Source: Nemertoderma westbladi
Lineage: Eukaryota > Animalia > Xenacoelomorpha
Length of the DNA: 64,000 bases
Reading direction: 5' to 3'
Assembly: GCA_032718475.1 (NCBI GenBank)
Contig: JAUCBJ010008661.1
Coordinates: 66,523-130,522 of the forward strand
Part shown: positions 21,410 to 34,800 of the stretch, piece by piece
How positions within the stretch are numbered: position 1 is the first letter of the stretch
How the letters are laid out: each line of letters opens with the position of its first letter
Translations under genes and position numbers: made by a program
The notes under the pieces: model-generated
Databases searched by the model: none
Seen by the model: only the letters and a program-made list of their open reading frames with translations
What the model was told of the DNA's origin: nothing

Positions 21410-23703
21410 ATATAGACTGTAATGCATTTACACTTCGACCCTTCTCCAGTGATCACCGCCTTATTGTGGCCAAGGTAAGACTTAGTCTGCGTGCTAGCAG
21501 AACAACGAAATCTGCCTTTCCGCGGCATGACTGGTCCTCTCTGTTGCAACAGCCAAGTGTGAGATCCAGCTTCACACTACAGCTGAGCAACAGGTATGAG
21601 GCTCTTGCCTCTGAGGCGGCAGATCACTGTGAGGGCTATACTGCCTTTACAGAAGCGGTTAAGTTAGCAGCTGCAGAAACAGTTCCTGTATACCCTCGAA
21701 ACAGGAAAAGGGCCCCCTGGACTGACAACAAAATTCAGAAGTGCCGAAATGACCTTCATAAGGCGCAGAAAGAGTCCCGACTCAAACAGACTACAGCGGC
21801 CAAGAATGCAGTTAAGGCTGCATCTAGGTCCCTGAACAGGCAGTACTCTGTTAATCTACAGGAGCTAATAAACCAACAGGTTGATGCCATCAATGATGCT
21901 GACGACAGCAGGCAATCATCCCAGGCATGGAAATCAATCAATCTGCTTACTGGGCGGAAAAGCCAACCAACCACCAAGGTTAAGGCTGAATCACCAGCCG
22001 ATCGCCTCAATGGTTGGAAAGCCCACTTTGAAAAGCTCCTCAATAATGACAGGGTATTGCCTGATAACTTTATAGAAGTAAAAGTGTCTGAGTCTGTACT
22101 CCCAGATATTCCCATTGGCGATATCTCCTTTGCAGAAGTGAAGGCTGCTGCAAAGAGCATTAAGACCAATCGTGCCAGTGGAGTAGATGGTGTTCCCCCT
22201 GAGGTCTTTAAAATACCTGAGTGTTTAAAGCTCATCTATCCCATCATAGTAGACATGTACCGAACAACAAGAGTCCCACAAGAAATGAAAACAAATAAGT
22301 TGGTGCCAGTTCCCAAGAAGGGCAACTTAACACTCTATGGTTCTTTTCGGGGAATCTCATTGATCTCGATTGCTGCAAAGATATACAATAGGATTCTATT
22401 AAATCGCATCAGGGATCCCATTGAGAGACTGCTCCGTGGAAATCAGAATGGGTTCCGTAAAGGTCGTGGGACCATGGAGCCCATTTTGGCACTGAGAAGG
22501 ATAATTGAAGAATTATCAAAAAAGAAAGACAGGCATCTGGCTGTTATCTTTGTTGACTTCTTCAAGGCCTTTGATTCAGTCTCTCGCTCACGTATGTTCA
22601 GCATACTTTCATTATATGGGATTCCTGATGAAATTATTGCAGCAATCAGATCAGTATACGATGGTTCGACAACATTTGTGTCTACTGTTGACGGTGACAC
22701 AGAACCATTTGAAGTGTTATGGGGCGTCCTCCAAGGAGACACACTTGCACCATTCTTGTTCATTATTGTGGTTGACTATGTTCTACGCATGTCCTTAGAT
22801 CATCATAATGATGATGGGGTGATGATAACTCCATCTACTGGCTCCAGAAGTCGAGGAAATCCTGCAAAGTACCTAACTGATCTAGACTTTGCTGATGACT
22901 TAGGAGTACTTTCAGAATCATTAGAGGGAGCCCAACGGCTCCTCAGCTCATTAGAACATGCTGCTTCTAGTGTTGGTCTTTTTATTAACTCCAGAAAGAC
23001 CAAAATTCTGACCGTTAACTTTGAAAGTCCTCAGCAAGTCTCTGATCGGATGAGCATAAGCTCAAAGGATGGTATGCTTGAGCATGTGGACGACTTCTGT
23101 TACCTGGGATCATGGATCCGGAAGTCAGGTGAGGACCTTCGAATACGTAAGGGAAAGGCCTGGGTAGCCTTGAATAGGCTTTCCAGGATTTGGAAGTCAC
23201 CGAGAATTAATCGGAAACTTAAGGTCCGATTATTTAGAGCAGCAGTAGTTCCAGTACTCCTCTACGGGAGTCCATGCTGGGCTCTAACTGCTGAGGACAC
23301 CAAATCTCTGGATGGCACATTCACAAGAATGCTACGCCGGGTTCATTGTGTCAAGTACAATGCACACATATCCAACCAGACACTATATAACATTGGAGGT
23401 GTCTCATTGGTTCCCCCAAGCTTGACACTAGAACAAAATCGCCTCCGCTTTGCAGGACATTGCTTTCGCCGTGAGGACCAGCCAGTGCATAATCTTGTAC
23501 TTTGGCAGCCTCATGGAGTGAATAAGCATGGTGGACAGCCCATGACTTTCTTGAGACGCATCTTAAAGGTCACTGGCCTTAAAGATGCGGATGATCTAGC
23601 AAATGTCATGGGTGATAGGGAGTTGTGGCGGTGCAATTTTGTTGACAAGCCGGCACAGCATTCTTAAAAATGCAGCTGCAATGCAGCATGCCGATCCTAG
23701 TAG
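21410..23703 (+). mobile_element. 5'-truncated RTE-like non-LTR retrotransposon with 11-bp TSD
   Basis: TSD TACATACATAT at 21399-21409 and 23704-23714. Very short 3' UTR ending in TAGTAG. Confidence 0.9.
21412..23667 (+). CDS. RTE-like ORF: end of AP endonuclease (SDH motif) plus uninterrupted reverse transcriptase
   Basis: FSSDHRLIVAKV, FRGISL, NQNGFRKGRGT, FVDFFKAFDSV, GVLQGDTLAPFLF, DFADDL, FCYLGS, LRFAGHC. No internal stops. Confidence 0.92.
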   Translation: MDCNAFTLRPFSSDHRLIVAKVRLSLRASRTTKSAFPRHDWSSLLQQPSVRSSFTLQLSNRYEALASEAADHCEGYTAFTEAVKLAAAETVPVYPRNRKRAPWTDNKIQKCRNDLHKAQKESRLKQTTAAKNAVKAASRSLNRQYSVNLQELINQQVDAINDADDSRQSSQAWKSINLLTGRKSQPTTKVKAESPADRLNGWKAHFEKLLNNDRVLPDNFIEVKVSESVLPDIPIGDISFAEVKAAAKSIKTNRASGVDGVPPEVFKIPECLKLIYPIIVDMYRTTRVPQEMKTNKLVPVPKKGNLTLYGSFRGISLISIAAKIYNRILLNRIRDPIERLLRGNQNGFRKGRGTMEPILALRRIIEELSKKKDRHLAVIFVDFFKAFDSVSRSRMFSILSLYGIPDEIIAAIRSVYDGSTTFVSTVDGDTEPFEVLWGVLQGDTLAPFLFIIVVDYVLRMSLDHHNDDGVMITPSTGSRSRGNPAKYLTDLDFADDLGVLSESLEGAQRLLSSLEHAASSVGLFINSRKTKILTVNFESPQQVSDRMSISSKDGMLEHVDDFCYLGSWIRKSGEDLRIRKGKAWVALNRLSRIWKSPRINRKLKVRLFRAAVVPVLLYGSPCWALTAEDTKSLDGTFTRMLRRVHCVKYNAHISNQTLYNIGGVSLVPPSLTLEQNRLRFAGHCFRREDQPVHNLVLWQPHGVNKHGGQPMTFLRRILKVTGLKDADDLANVMGDRELWRCNFVDKPAQHS

Positions 23704-24529
23704 TACATACATATTATTATTAATAAAGGAAGGTTTTTCTGTTTACATGTAGTTTGATGATGCTGTTTGATGCAGTTAATGAATTTAACTGCCAGTTAGC
23801 AGTTTAACTATTGCATATCTTGACATCTACAATTTCTATTAAAACATTAAAATTTGCAACACTTGCATGTAAACAACACTTGAATGTGGTAACCAAAACA
23901 ATAAACTAAACACAATAGAACAAGTTACAGTTTTATTTTTGGTGGTGATAACCCATTTACTGTAAATTATTAACATAATAATTATTAATATGTAGCCTAC
24001 AGTAGTGAATAGCTACTGTGACGAAAATGGCTTTAGTAGGACCTACGTCCCTCAAGAGCCACTGCTAATTAGACCAATTGTTGAGTACATACAATTTTTT
24101 ATTCGCCAAAGTGTGTTCATCTAGAGCCAATATTCGAGAACCAATGAGATAGTGTTTTAGGTTTTTCTCCGTCACCTCGGAATGTCGGAAAGGTATAATC
24201 ATCTCGGAAAGGAAAGGCATATTTTTCTTGCAAGCATACAGTACTCATCCCGGAAAGGATACTCATCTTAGTTGACATGCACATCTCCGAAGACATTACA
24301 CATCTCAGAGAGCATAGATAATCTGTGTGACATAGACCTATATATCCTGCCCCGACTTTTCTATTTCATCTGTCCGACTGACGACATCCTTCCGTGAGTT
24401 TTGTGTATCGCTAATTAAAGGTATTCATTAAAGACTTACTGTAAAATCGGACATCTGTATGTCCATTCGTCAATTCGTAATCTGATGCGAGGAAACATAA
24501 ATATTAATAGAGTATGTCTAAAGTTTATC

Positions 24530-24969
24530 TAAGTTTAAGGGGTGCTAATTTCATTTCTGGTGTCAGTTTTCACTTTTACATAAATCTAGTCTGTCGGTCT
24601 GTCGGTCTTTGTGTCAATCAGTCTGTCAAAACTTAAAAAACAATACAAACTAACTAACATTCTCGCTATGGGGGTTTTAAGGGGTGCTGATTTCATTTCT
24701 GATATCAGTTTTCTTGTTTACAAAAATCTAGTCTGTATGTCTGTCGGTCTTTGAGTGAGTCAGTCTGTCAAAACTTAAAAAAAAATACAAACTAACTAAC
24801 ATTCTCGCTATGTGAGTTTTAAGGGGTGCTGATTTCATTTCTGATGTCAGTTTTCACGTTGACATAAATCTAGTATGTCTGTCTGTCGGTTTGTGACCCA
24901 TGATGTATACGCCTGCATCATAGCCCATATAGTGGTGACGCATACGCCTGCGTCATAGGTGCGAAAGGG
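24530..24969. mobile_element. One end of a second piggyBac-like non-autonomous element with three ~142-bp tandem units
   Basis: Ends GGTGCGAAAGGG|TTAA. Subterminal imperfect palindromes TGATGTATACGCCTGCATCA and TGACGCATACGCCTGCGTCA. Units TTAAGGGGTGCT(A/G)ATTTCATTTCTG at ~24535, 24677, 24819. No matching left end found. Confidence 0.6.
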
Positions 24970-25864
24970 TTAATGCATATTCTGATTTAGAAGGTTAGAA
25001 AAATATATTTTTTTGGTAACTGATTGTTCAATATAACTACTCTAAGCACAGATAGTAAATATGGGAAAAAAGAGAAGCATTGAAGTTTCAAGCACAAAAT
25101 TCCGAATTTTAGTGAAACCCAAATTACCCCATTTTTACTGCACTGTTCAGTACAATGTGATGTGTCCAATGCGCAGCCATACATTATACAAGTTTATAAA
25201 TCGTGCTATTCGAAAATATCAAACTTATTAAACACTGTCTTTTTCTACTCAAAAGTCATATATATAATCGTGTGTCCCTAAAAAGCCACTTTTTTGTTCG
25301 AAAAATCGAAAATACAAATTTTAGTAAATTTATATTTTCTGAATAGCTGTAACAACAAATTAACAACTTTAAATGTTCAATATAGTAAGTATGGCAAAAA
25401 TTAGAAACATTGAAACAGTTTCAAGCGCAAAAAATGAAATTATGTATACGTGAAAATCCATTATTCTTGATAATCCTAGAAAGTTCCCCAAATGGTATGA
25501 AATATGTAGAGTACTGCTATGTTTGTCATGATAACGAAAGATATATTAGAAAAAAAATTAACGTTCCTGGAACAAAATTTATCACATATTTTAGATATTA
25601 ATATTATTATTAACTATTATATTATCTATTAATATTTGATTCCAATATCTGAAGTTTTAAGATTCGTCTTTTAAAAAATGATATATATTTTTGGCTCTAT
25701 AGGGACATTGGATATACATCTTTTGGGGTCCAGAAAAGCCACTGCTCCCCTTGGGATATATTATGTTATAAATACTTTTGAAAATATAACATGCAAAATA
25801 TATTTCTTTGGGTGAATCTTTTCTCTATTCTTTTTTTCTCTTTTTTTCTTGATGCAAAAAAAAA

Positions 25865-28800
25865 ATGGAGTTCGTGGATCTCTGGATGGGTTCTTGTGTA
25901 TGGAGTTCGTGGATCTGTGGATCCGTGGATGGGTTCTCGTATATGGAGTTCGTGGACCCGTGGATGGGTTCTCGTGTATGGAGTTCGTGGATCTGTGGAT
26001 GGGTTCTCGTGTATGGAGTTCGTGGATCTGTGGATGGGTTCTCGTATATGGATTTTGTGGATCCGTGGATGGGTTCTCGTGTATGGAGTTCGTGGATCTG
26101 TGGATGGGTTCTCGTGTATTGTGTTTGTGGATCTGTGGATGGGTTCTCGTGTATGGAGTTCGTGGATCCGTGGATGGGTTTTCGTGTGTGGAGTTCGTGG
26201 ATCTGCGGATGGGTTCTCGTGTATGGAGTTCGTGGATCTGTGGATGGGTTCTTGTGTATGGAGTTCGTGGTTCCGTGGAAGGTTTCTCGCGTTGGAGTTC
26301 GTGGATCTCTGGATGGGTTCTTGTGTATGGAGTTCGTGGATCTGTGGATTGGTTCTCGTGTATGGAGTTCGTGGTTCCGTGGAAGGTTCCTCGTGTTGGA
26401 GTTCGTGGATCTGTGGATGGGTTCTCATGTATGGAGTTCGTGGATCAGTGGATAGGTTCTCGTGTATGGAGTTCGTGGATCTGTAGATGGGTTCTCGTGT
26501 ATGGAGTTCGTGGATCTGTGGATGGGTTCTCGTGTATTGTGTTCGTGGATCTGTGGATGGGTTCTCGTGTATGGAGTTCGTGGATCCGTGGATGTGTTCT
26601 CGTGTATGGAGTTCGTGGATCCGTGGATGTGTTCTCGTGTATGGAGTTCGTGGATCCGTGGATGTGTTCTCGTGTATGGAGTTCGTGGATCCGAGGATGG
26701 GTTCTCGTATATGGAGTTCGTGGATTCGTCGATGGGTTCTCGTGTATGGATTCGTGGATCCGTGGATGTGTTCTCTTGTATGGAGTTCGTGGATCTGTGG
26801 ATGGGTTCTCGTGCATGGAGTTCGTGGATCTGTGGATGGGTTCTCGTGTACGGAGTTCGTGGATCTGTGGATGGGTTCTCATGTATGGAGTTCGTGGATC
26901 CTTCTCGTGTATGGAGTTTGTGGATCTGTGGATGGGTTCTCGTGTATTGTGTTCGTGGATCTGTGGATGGGTTCTCGTGTATGGAGTTCGTGGATCCGTG
27001 GATGGGTTCTCGTGTATGGAGTTCGTGGATCTGTGGATGGGTTCTCGTGTACGGAGTTCGTGGATCTGTGGATGGGTTCTCGTGTATGGAGTTCGTGGTT
27101 CCGTGGAAGGTTTCTCGTGTTGGAGTTCGTGGATCTGTGGATGGGTTCTCGTGTACGGAGTTAGTGGATCTGTGGATGGGTTCTTGTGTATGGAGTTCGT
27201 GGTTCCGTGGAAGGTTTCTCGTGTTGGAGTTCGTGGATCTGTGGATGGGTTCTCGTGTATGGAGTTCGTGGATCTGTGGATGGGTTCTCGTGTATGGAGT
27301 TCGTGGTTCCGTGGAAGGTTTCTCGTGTTGGAGTTCGTGGATCTGTGGATGGGTTCTCGTGTATGGAGTTCGTGGATCTCTGGATGGGTTCTCGTGTATG
27401 GAGTTCGTGGATCTCTGGATGGGTTCTCGTGTACGGAGTTCGTGGATCTGTGGATGGGTTCTCGTGTATGGAGTTCGTGGTTCCGTGGAAGGTTTCTCGT
27501 GTTGGAGTTCGTGGATCTGTGGATGGGTTCTCGTGTACGGAGTTAGTGGATCTGTGGATGGGTTCTTGTGTATGGAGTTCGTGGTTCCGTGGAAGGTTTC
27601 TCGTGTTGGAGTTCGTGGATCTGTGGATGGGTTCTTGTGTATGGAGTTCGTGGTTCCGTGGAAGGTTTCTCGTGTTGGAGTTCGTGGATCTGTGGATGGG
27701 TTCTCGTGTATGGAGTTCGTGGTTCCGTGGAAGGTTTCTCGTGTTGGAGTTCGTGGATCTGTGGATGGGTTCTCGTGTATGGAGTTCGTGGTTCCTTGGA
27801 AGGGTTCTCGTGTTGGAGTTCGTGGATCCGTGGATCCGTGGATGGGTTCTCATGTATGGAGTTCGTGGATCTGTGGATGGGTTCTCGTGCATGGATTCGT
27901 GGATCCGTGGATGGGTTCTCGTATATGGAGTTCGTGGATCCGTGGATGGGTTCTCGTGTATGGAGTTCGTGGATCCGTGGATGGGTTCTCGTGTATGGAT
28001 TCGTGGATCCGTGTATGGGTTCTCGTGTATGGAGTTCGTGGATCCGTGGATAGGTTCTCGTATATGGAGTTCGTGAATCTGTGGATCAGTGGATGGGTTC
28101 TCGTGTATGGAGTTCGTGGATCCGTGGATGTGTTCTCGTGTATGGAGTTCGTGGATCCGTGGATGTGTTCTCGTGTATGGAGTTCGTGGATCCGTGGATG
28201 TGTTCTCGTGTATGGAGTTCGTGGATCCGAGGATGGGTTCTCGTATATGGAGTTCGTGGATTCGTCGATGGGTTCTCGTGTATGGATTCGTGGATCCGTG
28301 GATGTGTTCTCTTGTATGGAGTTCGTGGATCTGTGGATGGGTTCTCGTGCATGGAGTTCGTGGATCTGTGGATGGGTTCTCGTGTACGGAGTTCGTGGAT
28401 CTGTGGATGGGTTCTCATGTATGGAGTTCGTGGATCCTTCTCGTGTATGGAGTTTGTGGATCTGTGGATGGGTTCTCGTGTATTGTGTTCGTGGATCTGT
28501 GGATGGGTTCTCGTGTATGGAGTTCGTGGATCCGTGGATGGGTTCTCGTGTATGGAGTTCGTGGATCTGTGGATGGGTTCTCGTGTACGGAGTTCGTGGA
28601 TCTGTGGATGGGTTCTCGTGTATGGAGTTCGTGGTTCCGTGGAAGGTTTCTCGTGTTGGAGTTCGTGGATCTGTGGATGGGTTCTCGTGTACGGAGTTAG
28701 TGGATCTGTGGATGGGTTCTTGTGTATGGAGTTCGTGGTTCCGTGGAAGGTTTCTCGTGTTGGAGTTCGTGGATCTGTGGATGGGTTCTCGTGTATGGAG

Positions 28801-31800
28801 TTCGTGGATCTGTGGATGGGTTCTCGTGTATGGAGTTCGTGGTTCCGTGGAAGGTTTCTCGTGTTGGAGTTCGTGGATCTGTGGATGGGTTCTCGTGTAT
28901 GGAGTTCGTGGATCTCTGGATGGGTTCTCGTGTATGGAGTTCGTGGATCTCTGGATGGGTTCTCGTGTACGGAGTTCGTGGATCTGTGGATGGGTTCTCG
29001 TGTATGGAGTTCGTGGTTCCGTGGAAGGTTTCTCGTGTTGGAGTTCGTGGATCTGTGGATGGGTTCTCGTGTACGGAGTTAGTGGATCTGTGGATGGGTT
29101 CTTGTGTATGGAGTTCGTGGTTCCGTGGAAGGTTTCTCGTGTTGGAGTTCGTGGATCTGTGGATGGGTTCTTGTGTATGGAGTTCGTGGTTCCGTGGAAG
29201 GTTTCTCGTGTTGGAGTTCGTGGATCTGTGGATGGGTTCTCGTGTATGGAGTTCGTGGTTCCGTGGAAGGTTTCTCGTGTTGGAGTTCGTGGATCTGTGG
29301 ATGGGTTCTCGTGTATGGAGTTCGTGGTTCCTTGGAAGGGTTCTCGTGTTGGAGTTCGTGGATCCGTGGATCCGTGGATGGGTTCTCATGTATGGAGTTC
29401 GTGGATCTGTGGATGGGTTCTCGTGCATGGATTCGTGGATCCGTGGATGGGTTCTCGTATATGGAGTTCGTGGATCCGTGGATGGGTTCTCGTGTATGGA
29501 GTTCGTGGATCCGTGGATGGGTTCTCGTGTATGGATTCGTGGATCCGTGTATGGGTTCTCGTGTATGGAGTTCGTGGATCCGTGGATAGGTTCTCGTATA
29601 TGGAGTTCGTGAATCTGTGGATCAGTGGATGGGTTCTCGTGTATGGAGTTCGTGGATCCGTAGATGGGTTCTCGTGTATGGATTCGTGGATCCGTAGATG
29701 GTTTCTCGTGTATGGATTCGTGGATCCGTGGATGGGTTCTCGTATATGGAGTTCGTGGATCCGTCGATGGGTTCTCGTGTATGGATTCGCGGATCCGTGG
29801 ATGGGTTCTTGTATATGGAGTTCGTGGATCAGTGGATGGGTTCTCGTGTATGGAGATCGTGGATCCGTCGATGGGTTCTCGTGTATGGATTCGTGGATCC
29901 GTGGATGGGTTCTTGTGTATGGAGTTCGTGGATCCGTAGATGGGTTCTCGTGTATGGATTTCGTGGATCCGTGGATGGGTTCTCGTGTATGGAGTTCGTG
30001 GATCAGTGGATGGGTTCTCGTGTATGGAGTTCGTGGATCCTTCGATGGGTTCTTGTGTATGGAGTTCGTGGATCTGTGGATCCGTGGATGGGTTCTCGTG
30101 TATGGAATTCGTGGATCCGTAGGTGGGTTCTCGTGTATGGAGTTTGTGGATCTGTGGATGGGTTCTCATGTATGGAGTTCGTGGATCAGTGGATGGGTTC
30201 TCGTGTATGGATTCGTGGATCCGTCGATGGGTTCTCGTGTATGGATTCGTGGATCCGTGGATGGGTTCTCGTGTATGGAGTTCGTGGATCCGTGGATGGG
30301 TTCTCGTGTATGGAGTTCGTGGATCTGTGGATCCGTGGATGGGTTCTCGTGTATGGAGTTCGTGGATCCGTCGATGGGTTCTCGTGTATGGATTCGTGGA
30401 TCCGTAGATGGTTTCTCGTGTATGGATTCGTGGATCCGTGGATGGGTTCTCGTATATGGAGTTCGTGGATCCGTCGATGGGTTCTCGTGTATGGATTCGC
30501 GGATCCGTGGATGGGTTCTTGTATATGGAGTTCGTGGATCAGTGGATGGGTTCTCGTGTATGGAGATCGTGGATCCGTCGATGGGTTCTCGTGTATGGAT
30601 TCGTGGATCCGTGGATGGGTTCTTGTGTATGGAGTTCGTGGATCCGTAGATGGGTTCTCGTGTATGGATTTCGTGGATCCGTGGATGGGTTCTCGTGTAT
30701 GGAGTTCGTGGATCAGTGGATGGGTTCTCGTGTATGGAGTTCGTGGATCCTTCGATGGGTTCTTGTGTATGGAGTTCGTGGATCTGTGGATCCGTGGATG
30801 GGTTCTCGTATATGGAGTTCGTGGATCCGTGGATGGGTTCTCGTGTATGGAGTTCGTGGATCCGTGGATGGGTTCTCGTGTATGGATTCGTGGATCCGTG
30901 TATGGGTTCTCGTGTATGGAGTTCGTGGATCCGTGGATAGGTTCTCGTATATGGAGTTCGTGAATCTGTGGATCAGTGGATGGGTTCTCGTGTATGGAGT
31001 TCGTGGATCCGTAGATGGGTTCTCGTGTATGGATTCGTGGATCCGTAGATGGTTTCTCGTGTATGGATTCGTGGATCCGTGGATGGGTTCTCGTATATGG
31101 AGTTCGTGGATCCGTCGATGGGTTCTCGTGTATGGATTCGCGGATCCGTGGATGGGTTCTTGTATATGGAGTTCGTGGATCAGTGGATGGGTTCTCGTGT
31201 ATGGAGATCGTGGATCCGTCGATGGGTTCTCGTGTATGGATTCGTGGATCCGTGGATGGGTTCTTGTGTATGGAGTTCGTGGATCCGTAGATGGGTTCTC
31301 GTGTATGGATTTCGTGGATCCGTGGATGGGTTCTCGTGTATGGAGTTCGTGGATCAGTGGATGGGTTCTCGTGTATGGAGTTCGTGGATCCTTCGATGGG
31401 TTCTTGTGTATGGAGTTCGTGGATCTGTGGATCCGTGGATGGGTTCTCGTGTATGGAATTCGTGGATCCGTAGGTGGGTTCTCGTGTATGGAGTTTGTGG
31501 ATCTGTGGATGGGTTCTCATGTATGGAGTTCGTGGATCAGTGGATGGGTTCTCGTGTATGGATTCGTGGATCCGTCGATGGGTTCTCGTGTATGGATTCG
31601 TGGATCCGTGGATGGGTTCTCGTGTATGGAGTTCGTGGATCCGTGGATGGGTTCTCGTGTATGGAGTTCGTGGATCTGTGGATCCGTGGATGGGTTCTCG
31701 TGTATGGAGTTCGTGGATCCGTCGATGGGTTCTCGTGTATGGATTCGTGGATCCGTCGATGGGTTCTCGTGTATGGAGTTCGTGGATCAGTGGATGGGTT

Positions 31801-34800
31801 CTCGGTATGGAGTTCATGGATCCGTCGATGGGTTCTCGTGTATGGATTCGTGGATCCGTGGATGGGTTCTCGTGTATGGAGTTCGTGGATCCGTAGATGG
31901 GTTCTCGTGTATGGAGTTCTTGGATCTGTGGATGGGTTCTCATGTATGGAGTACGTGGATCAGTGGATGGGTTCTCGTGTATGGAGTTCGTGGATCCGTC
32001 GATGGGTTCTCGTGTATGGATTCGTGGATCCGTGGATGGGTTCTCGTGTATGGAGTTCGTGGATCCATGGATGGGTTCTCGTGTATGGAGTTCGTGGATC
32101 CGTAGATGGGTTCTCGTGTATGGAGCTCGTGGATCCGTGGATGTGTTCTCGTGTATGGAGTTCGTGGATCCGAGGATGGGTTCTCGTATATGGAGTTCGT
32201 GGATTCGTCGATGGGTTCTCGTGTATGGATTCGTGGATCCGTGGATGTGTTCTCTTGTATGGAGTTCGTGGATCTGTGGATGGGTTCTCGTGCATGGAGT
32301 TCGTGGATCTGTGGATGGGTTCTCGTGTACGGAGTTCGTGGATCTGTGGATGGGTTCTCATGTATGGAGTTCGTGGATCCTTCTCGTGTATGGAGTTTGT
32401 GGATCTGTGGATGGGTTCTCGTGTATTGTGTTCGTGGATCTGTGGATGGGTTCTCGTGTATGGAGTTCGTGGATCCGTGGATGGGTTCTCGTGTATGGAG
32501 TTCGTGGATCTGTGGATGGGTTCTCGTGTACGGAGTTCGTGGATCTGTGGATGGGTTCTCGTGTATGGAGTTCGTGGTTCCGTGGAAGGTTTCTCGTGTT
32601 GGAGTTCGTGGATCTGTGGATGGGTTCTCGTGTACGGAGTTAGTGGATCTGTGGATGGGTTCTTGTGTATGGAGTTCGTGGTTCCGTGGAAGGTTTCTCG
32701 TGTTGGAGTTCGTGGATCTGTGGATGGGTTCTCGTGTATGGAGTTCGTGGATCTGTGGATGGGTTCTCGTGTATGGAGTTCGTGGTTCCGTGGAAGGTTT
32801 CTCGTGTTGGAGTTCGTGGATCTGTGGATGGGTTCTCGTGTATGGAGTTCGTGGTTCCTTGGAAGGGTTCTCGTGTTGGAGTTCGTGGATCCGTGGATCC
32901 GTGGATGGGTTCTCATGTATGGAGTTCGTGGATCTGTGGATGGGTTCTCGTGCATGGATTCGTGGATCCGTGGATGGGTTCTCGTATATGGAGTTCGTGG
33001 ATCCGTGGATGGGTTCTCGTGTATGGAGTTCGTGGATCCGTGGATGGGTTCTCGTGTATGGATTCGTGGATCCGTGTATGGGTTCTCGTGTATGGAGTTC
33101 GTGGATCCGTGGATAGGTTCTCGTATATGGAGTTCGTGAATCTGTGGATCAGTGGATGGGTTCTCGTGTATGGAGTTCGTGGATCCGTAGATGGGTTCTC
33201 GTGTATGGATTCGTGGATCCGTAGATGGTTTCTCGTGTATGGATTCGTGGATCCGTGGATGGGTTCTCGTATATGGAGTTCGTGGATCCGTCGATGGGTT
33301 CTCGTGTATGGATTCGCGGATCCGTGGATGGGTTCTTGTATATGGAGTTCGTGGATCAGTGGATGGGTTCTCGTGTATGGAGATCGTGGATCCGTCGATG
33401 GGTTCTCGTGTATGGATTCGTGGATCCGTGGATGGGTTCTTGTGTATGGAGTTCGTGGATCCGTAGATGGGTTCTCGTGTATGGATTTCGTGGATCCGTG
33501 GATGGGTTCTCGTGTATGGAGTTCGTGGATCAGTGGATGGGTTCTCGTGTATGGAGTTCGTGGATCCTTCGATGGGTTCTTGTGTATGGAGTTCGTGGAT
33601 CTGTGGATCCGTGGATGGGTTCTCGTGTATGGAATTCGTGGATCCGTAGGTGGGTTCTCGTGTATGGAGTTTGTGGATCTGTGGATGGGTTCTCATGTAT
33701 GGAGTTCGTGGATCAGTGGATGGGTTCTCGTGTATGGATTCGTGGATCCGTCGATGGGTTCTCGTGTATGGATTCGTGGATCCGTGGATGGGTTCTCGTG
33801 TATGGAGTTCGTGGATCTGTGGATCCGTGGATGGGTTCTCGTGTATGGAGTTCGTGGATCCGTCGATGGGTTCTCGTGTATGGATTCGTGGATCCGTCGA
33901 TGGGTTCTCGTGTATGGAGTTCGTGGATCAGTGGATGGGTTCTCGGTATGGAGTTCATGGATCCGTCGATGGGTTCTCGTGTATGGATTCGTGGATCCGT
34001 GGATGGGTTCTCGTGTATGGAGTTCGTGGATCCGTAGATGGGTTCTCGTGTATGGAGTTCTTGGATCTGTGGATGGGTTCTCATGTATGGAGTACGTGGA
34101 TCAGTGGATGGGTTCTCGTGTATGGAGTTCGTGGATCCGTCGATGGGTTCTCGTGTATGGATTCGTGGATCCGTGGATGGGTTCTCGTGTATGGAGTTCG
34201 TGGATCCATGGATGGGTTCTCGTGTATGGAGTTCGTGGATCCGTAGATGGGTTCTCGTGTATGGAGCTCGTGGATCCGTAGATGGGTTCTCGTGTATGGA
34301 GTTCGTGGATCCGCCGATGGGTTCTCGTGTATGGAGTTCGTGGATCCGTGGATGGGTTCTCGTGTATGGAGTTCGTGGATCCATGGATGGGTTCTCGTGT
34401 ATGGAGTTCGTGGATCCGTAGATGGGTTCTCGTGTATGGAGCTCGTGGATCCGTAGATGGGTTCTCGTGTATGGATTCGTGGATCCGTGGATGGGTTCTT
34501 GTGTATGGAGTTCGTGGATCAGTGGATGGGTTCTCGTGTATGGAGTTCGTGGATCCGTCGATGGGTTCTCGTGTATGGATTCGTGGATCCGTGGATGGGT
34601 TCTCGTGTATGGAGTTCGTGGATCCATGGATGGGTTCTCGTGTATGGAGTTCGTGGATCCGTCGATGGGTTCTCGTGTATGGATTCGTGGATCCGTGGAT
34701 GGGTTCTCGTGTATGGAGTTCGTGGATCCATGGATGGGTTCTCGTGTATGGAGTTCGTGGATCCGTGGATGGGTTCTTGTGTATGGAGTTCGTGGATCAG

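Noticed and set aside
9864-23200. Short antisense or alternative-frame ORFs over pol and RTE sequences (e.g. 11671-12192, 21756-22235)
   Set aside because: Shadow ORFs of real coding frames with no recognisable motifs.
25870-25890. CENP-B box similarity (TTCGTGGATCCG)
   Set aside because: Spacing is one base short of TTCG-N4-A-N2-CGGG and the CGGG is absent.
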